Positions 52,846 through 64,000 of a DNA stretch of 64,000 bases are shown one piece after another; the first letter of the stretch is position 1; every line of letters starts with the position of its first letter. The stretch comes from the human T2T-CHM13v2.0 reference genome, Homo sapiens. The notes beneath the pieces were generated by a model. That model was not told the DNA's origin. It worked only from the letters and a program-made list of their open reading frames with translations, and made no database searches. The stretch is from assembly GCF_009914755.1 (NCBI RefSeq), contig NC_060934.1; one strand, written 5' to 3'. Made by a program: the position numbers and the translations under genes.

Positions 52846-53334
52846 TTATTCTTTAAGAGTAACAGATACCAATGACAAAGAGCTAAGACAGGTCGTAGCC
52901 TCAGAGAAGCAATTTTAAGTGGATGCAACTAAAGATTCGTATTCAGAATACATAAAAGGACAACCCAACAGAAAAATGGACAGAGGTCACAAACATGCAA
53001 TTCACACACAGGAAAACTGAATTTAAAAAGCTTGAGATTTAACCTCACTAGTAATCAGGGGAATACAAATGAAACCAACAAAATAACATTCACACTTGTC
53101 AGATTATCCAAAATATGCCTTCATCAATGAAAAAGAATGAACTAGGATCCATATGTATCAACATGTGTAGATCCCCAAAATGTCCTGTTGAGGACAAAAG
53201 CAAGTGTCAGGAAGATATATCATTTAGATACAGAAATTATGACTTACGTACATTTCTATTTACAAAATACTATTACTCACCACCTATGTGCTACAAGATA
53301 TCAAAACATGACCTACAAGGCCATTTAGAATCCT

Positions 53335-59590
<6,256 letters not shown>

Positions 59591-61288
59591 CAAGTCCCAT
59601 ATTTATTTACTTCTTACAAAAGAGCTTGAAGAAAATATGATAAAGCATTCACCTTTGCTAATTACAGGTGGTTACGTGGTGTTTGGCAATGTTATTTTGT
59701 GTTATTTTAATTTTTTATACACATTTAAGAGGAGAGAGAGAAAAAGAGAAAGACTTTGACTGACTGATTCTAGGGAAGCTGAGAATTCAGAATACATAAA
59801 GAAAAGGATGAGCTGAGAGGGTTGCCCACGAGCCTAGATGGATGAGGTCTACAGCATTTTGGGATTCGGGACCTGTGGCTGGTGAAAGGTGATTTAGTGG
59901 GTTTCCATGGCTGGGCCTTTCCAAGATGGCCCTCCATCTGTATTTGGATTCATATCCTGATTTAGCTGCCACTGCTCCCAAGACACATAGCAAGTGCCTC
60001 CCTCCTCTTTCTCTTGAGGACCTATGTCTGTCACATCAAAACCCTCCATTCTCAGTTTCTGACAGTCTTGCCACCTGTCCCTAGTGTCATACTGTCATCC
60101 CTATACCAAATGGCACTACTGATAAGGACCAAAGCCAGGACCCGGGCAGCATCCTGCGGGAGCCAGCCAAGACTACATTTGTGTAGACATCTTTATTTCA
60201 TAGTATTAACCTGCCCAGGCACAAACCACATAATTCCACAGAGATCTTAACTGAATCAAGATGTTAACAGTAACAAAGGTGCAATAAAAAGCCCTTCATT
60301 GAGAATCAGGCATCTTCTTCCTGTCTTGCCAGCCTCCATAGGGAGAAAAAAAATGAATACTTTACAAAGCTGTTTCATAAAATGTTATGTTAAATGAACA
60401 ACAAATTACTTTTTCTTTTACTAGCTTTTAATGCTAATAGTGCCATTTATTCCTGACCTTCAGAAATATGAGATATTTTAAATGACAACATAAAAAGGGT
60501 TCTTATTTGAAAACCCAGGCTACTTTAGACTGCATATTATTACTTATAAGTATAGCACGTGCCGGCATCATTCATTTCAGCATCCCATTGATATCTAACT
60601 GGTATATATTTCAGTTGACATTTATTGTTCTCCTGCATACGTGTCAAATTCCTTAATGCTGACTCTGACAAAGGCAGAACACTTGGTAGATATAAATTAC
60701 ATTTGCTACCGTATAATCAGTGTTATCTATTAGAAGGCTGTTTGTGACAAATCATGTTCAAAATAAAAATTGAATTGATTTTTCTGTTATTTTAATATTG
60801 TGCCGCTCACAGCAAGACTTTGATTGAATCTTAAACACTTTAATGCTCTATTTTTGTTTGAGGTAGATCAGAAATGGGGTTTGTACTATTCACAAAGCTA
60901 AAACAATTTGTAACACAACAAAATCAAATTTCAAAAAGCATTTTTATTTTCAAGCCAAGGGAATAAATTTGGTAAAGCTCTCGTTACGGGGCCCACAACT
61001 TAATGACGAAAGCCACGCACGCACGTTTAATTTCTATGCATCCATTTTCATCTAAATTAGATTTTAACTTTAATGCAGGGTATGAAAAGCCTCTACAAGG
61101 CCTTTGTTTCTACCTTTTTTGTCTCAAGCAATTGCAGGCTTTCTCCCGGTGAATACAAGCTACACATCATTCTTTGTCCCCCTCCCTCTTGCCAGTTGGT
61201 CTGGGCTACCTTCTCTGTGTTCTGGATACAGAGGATCTCTGTTTCTGAGCTTCTCCGAGGGGGCGTCTCTCAAGGAGTGCCTGCTTCA

Positions 61289-61662
<374 letters not shown>

Positions 61663-61739
61663 CTAGATACTGGCTAGTGTCATCCTCTTGGATTAATTTT
61701 TCGTTTAAAGGAGGGGTCCTTGAATTAAAGCCCATGGCC

Positions 61740-61934
61740 ACCTGTTTTTGTATGACTCTCCAGCTAAGCGGTGGTTTTCACATTTTTAAATGTTCTTTAA
61801 AAATTCAAGAGATAAATAATATTTCAGGATACAAGAAAACTATATGAAACTAAAACTTCAGTTCCCCTAAATTTTTGTTGTAACACAGCCACCTATTCAT
61901 TTATCTATATAAGTATGCCATATGTCTATATATA

Positions 61935-61973
<39 letters not shown>

Positions 61974-62085
61974 CTACTTTCCTGCAAAAGTGGTAGAATT
62001 GAGTAGTTGTGACAGAGACCATATGGCCCATGAAGCCTAAAATATTTACTATCTGGCCCTTTATAGAAAAAGTTTTCAAACTCTG
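61740..62085. mobile_element. MER58-like hAT element containing (TG)n at ~61937-61971
   Basis: cctgtttttgtatg...tgacagagaccatatggccc...aaaatatttactatctggccctttatagaaaaagttt. Confidence 0.75.
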
Positions 62086-64000
62086 GCTTAGAAGACAGAG
62101 TCTTAGTGATTTACGTCCTATTAAAAGGGTTGGCACCTTCAGGGCAGGAGGCTGAGGTGGCACCCAGAAAAAATGCTGCATTCATGACAATGAATCTAAT
62201 AGAAAAGTTTCTTGGACACGCTGGTTAAAAGTTCCTCAAAGTGTTCATAAGTAGATAAAATAGGGGGAAAAAAGAACAACCAAGGAAAACCAAACAACCC
62301 CAACCTTTACAAAGCTGCAGATGTGAGAAATATGCATGAATTGTCAGAAGTGCCCTTAGGCAAAAAGCTTGAGAAATATTTTATGGTCAGAGCAATTGGG
62401 TTGAGTTTAAGCACATGGAAGTGGTTTCAGACAAACTGGTACTGGGCAAGGGGTTACAGCAGACAGACCCCAGACCCTAGAGTTAGGGTCTAGGATTGTG
62501 GAGGGTAGAGGCTCCCGCAGCCAGACAGAAAGACCAGGGAGAGCGGCCTCTGTGTGTACTTCAGGATAGCACCCATCAGAAATGAGGTGTAAAGGACACT
62601 GGGCTGGGTGCCTAGCTCCCCTAGACCATGGAGTGCCTGGTGCCCCTTCCTCGTGGTGCCACAGACTGGTCAAGAGAAGTGAGGGCAGGCTTAGTCTTTG
62701 GAGAATCCAGACAAATCTGGTTTGAATCTAAATATAGATGGAAGCTGGTGTATCTCCACACTCTTCTTCCCCACCTCCACATGCCCCATCAGCTGAAAAT
62801 AAGAGGCTGCCAAGGAGAGGGCAGATGGATGGGGTCTGCCTGCCTGGGCAACCTCGCCTAATGATAGCTCACACTCACGGGTTGCTCACTCTAGACCTGG
62901 AACCAAGGGAAACTTTGGATTGTTTGGGGAAAGGTAATATGCTTAAGGAACCAGAGGCCATCTGGGAAAGGACTCAAGACCCTGGCTCTTGAAATTCTTG
63001 GGGTGAGACAGGGGTCAGATGAGCAAGGCCTAAGAGCAGGGCGGAGGAGCAAGGGTCTTCATCCCTAGTGAACCTTTCAGACTTCCCCTTTGTCGCTATT
63101 GCTGTCGTCTAGTGCTTTTCACTGTGGTCAACAGGAAACGGAAGGCCTGCAAGTTTTATGCCTGCAAAATGCCGTAAGCCCTTTGTGTGAGTTATTTCAT
63201 TAAATCCTCCAAAATGGCCTCATGAGGAAGGTATTATCGTCATTTTATAACTGCGAAGACTGAAGCTTGGAGAAGTTAAGTTTCTTGCTCCAGATTACTC
63301 AGCAGTTACAAAGCACAGACCGGTATGAGGACCCCCAAAGCCCAGCTCTCGGCATCTTTAACCCCAGTATACTGACTCCGGCATGTTTATTATACTTTTG
63401 TGTTCCTTGCTTATCCTTTCATCTCTTTTCTAAGTTGATTCAATGTTGAAACCGTGAGCCATTTAGTAGTAGTTCATGTTACTGTGACAATGGCTACTGA
63501 AGAGATCCACAGGACGTAGCAGTCCAGGCATGAAAGTTAAGTGTGAGACCCTGGCCTCAGACTGCCTGAGTTCGATTCCTGGCTCTGCCACTTACTGTCT
63601 GTGTGGCTCTGAGCAAATTGCTTAACCCCTTTGTGCCTCAGTGTCCCCACCTATGAAATGAAAGTGATTTATCCTGATTCAATAAGCTATTCCAGATAAA
63701 GAGCTTGAGCAGAAAAGCAAGCACTGTACTCACTGGCTGCTGCTATTGCTGTTTTCCTTGTTGGCTAATCACACCTGTGCTGCTTGCCTCACGGGAGAAT
63801 CCCAGGAAGAAAACTGCTGTGGTGCGGAGGGCACTTCTTTAAGAGCCAGGAGCTCTGGATTCTGAACCCTGTTCTGCCAATAACTCACTATGTGGGCTCC
63901 GAGACGTCACTCCTAATACTCTCAGTGCATGTCAGCTACAGCAATTTTTCCAGGTCCTTTTACCCGAATGGTAAATGTAATTTATATAACAATATTTACT

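Overview
Human (primate) genomic DNA from the pancreatic lipase gene cluster (10q25.3 by recognition of the genes). The + strand carries the last eight coding exons (exons 6-13) of PNLIPRP1 (270-13222, poly(A) signal 13257) and the complete 13-exon PNLIPRP2 gene (TATA 25020, CDS 25402-49410, poly(A) signal 49434). I spliced both by hand: all junctions are GT-AG and in phase. PNLIPRP2 gives 469 aa (470 with an extra ATG at the end of exon 1) and carries the functional Trp357/358 codon, not the common stop allele. The rest is Alu, L1, MaLR LTR, DNA-transposon and simple-repeat sequence plus two CpG islands. There is no CRISPR, tRNA/rRNA or prokaryotic system, and I cannot support a wholly new gene system. 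The best unexplained structures are: (i) an ungapped 146-bp, ~92% identical inverted repeat with no family I recognise, in PNLIPRP1 intron 12; (ii) complementary (GGAT)n/(CCAT)n tracts tightly bracketing PNLIPRP2 exons 10-12; (iii) an orphan promoter-like CpG island just 3' of PNLIPRP1; (iv) a 99-nt stop-free in-frame intron in PNLIPRP1; (v) a palindromic 33-bp VNTR fused to a long polypyrimidine tract. Exon coordinates were read base by base. Repeat boundaries and subfamily names are approximate, from recalled consensus sequences.
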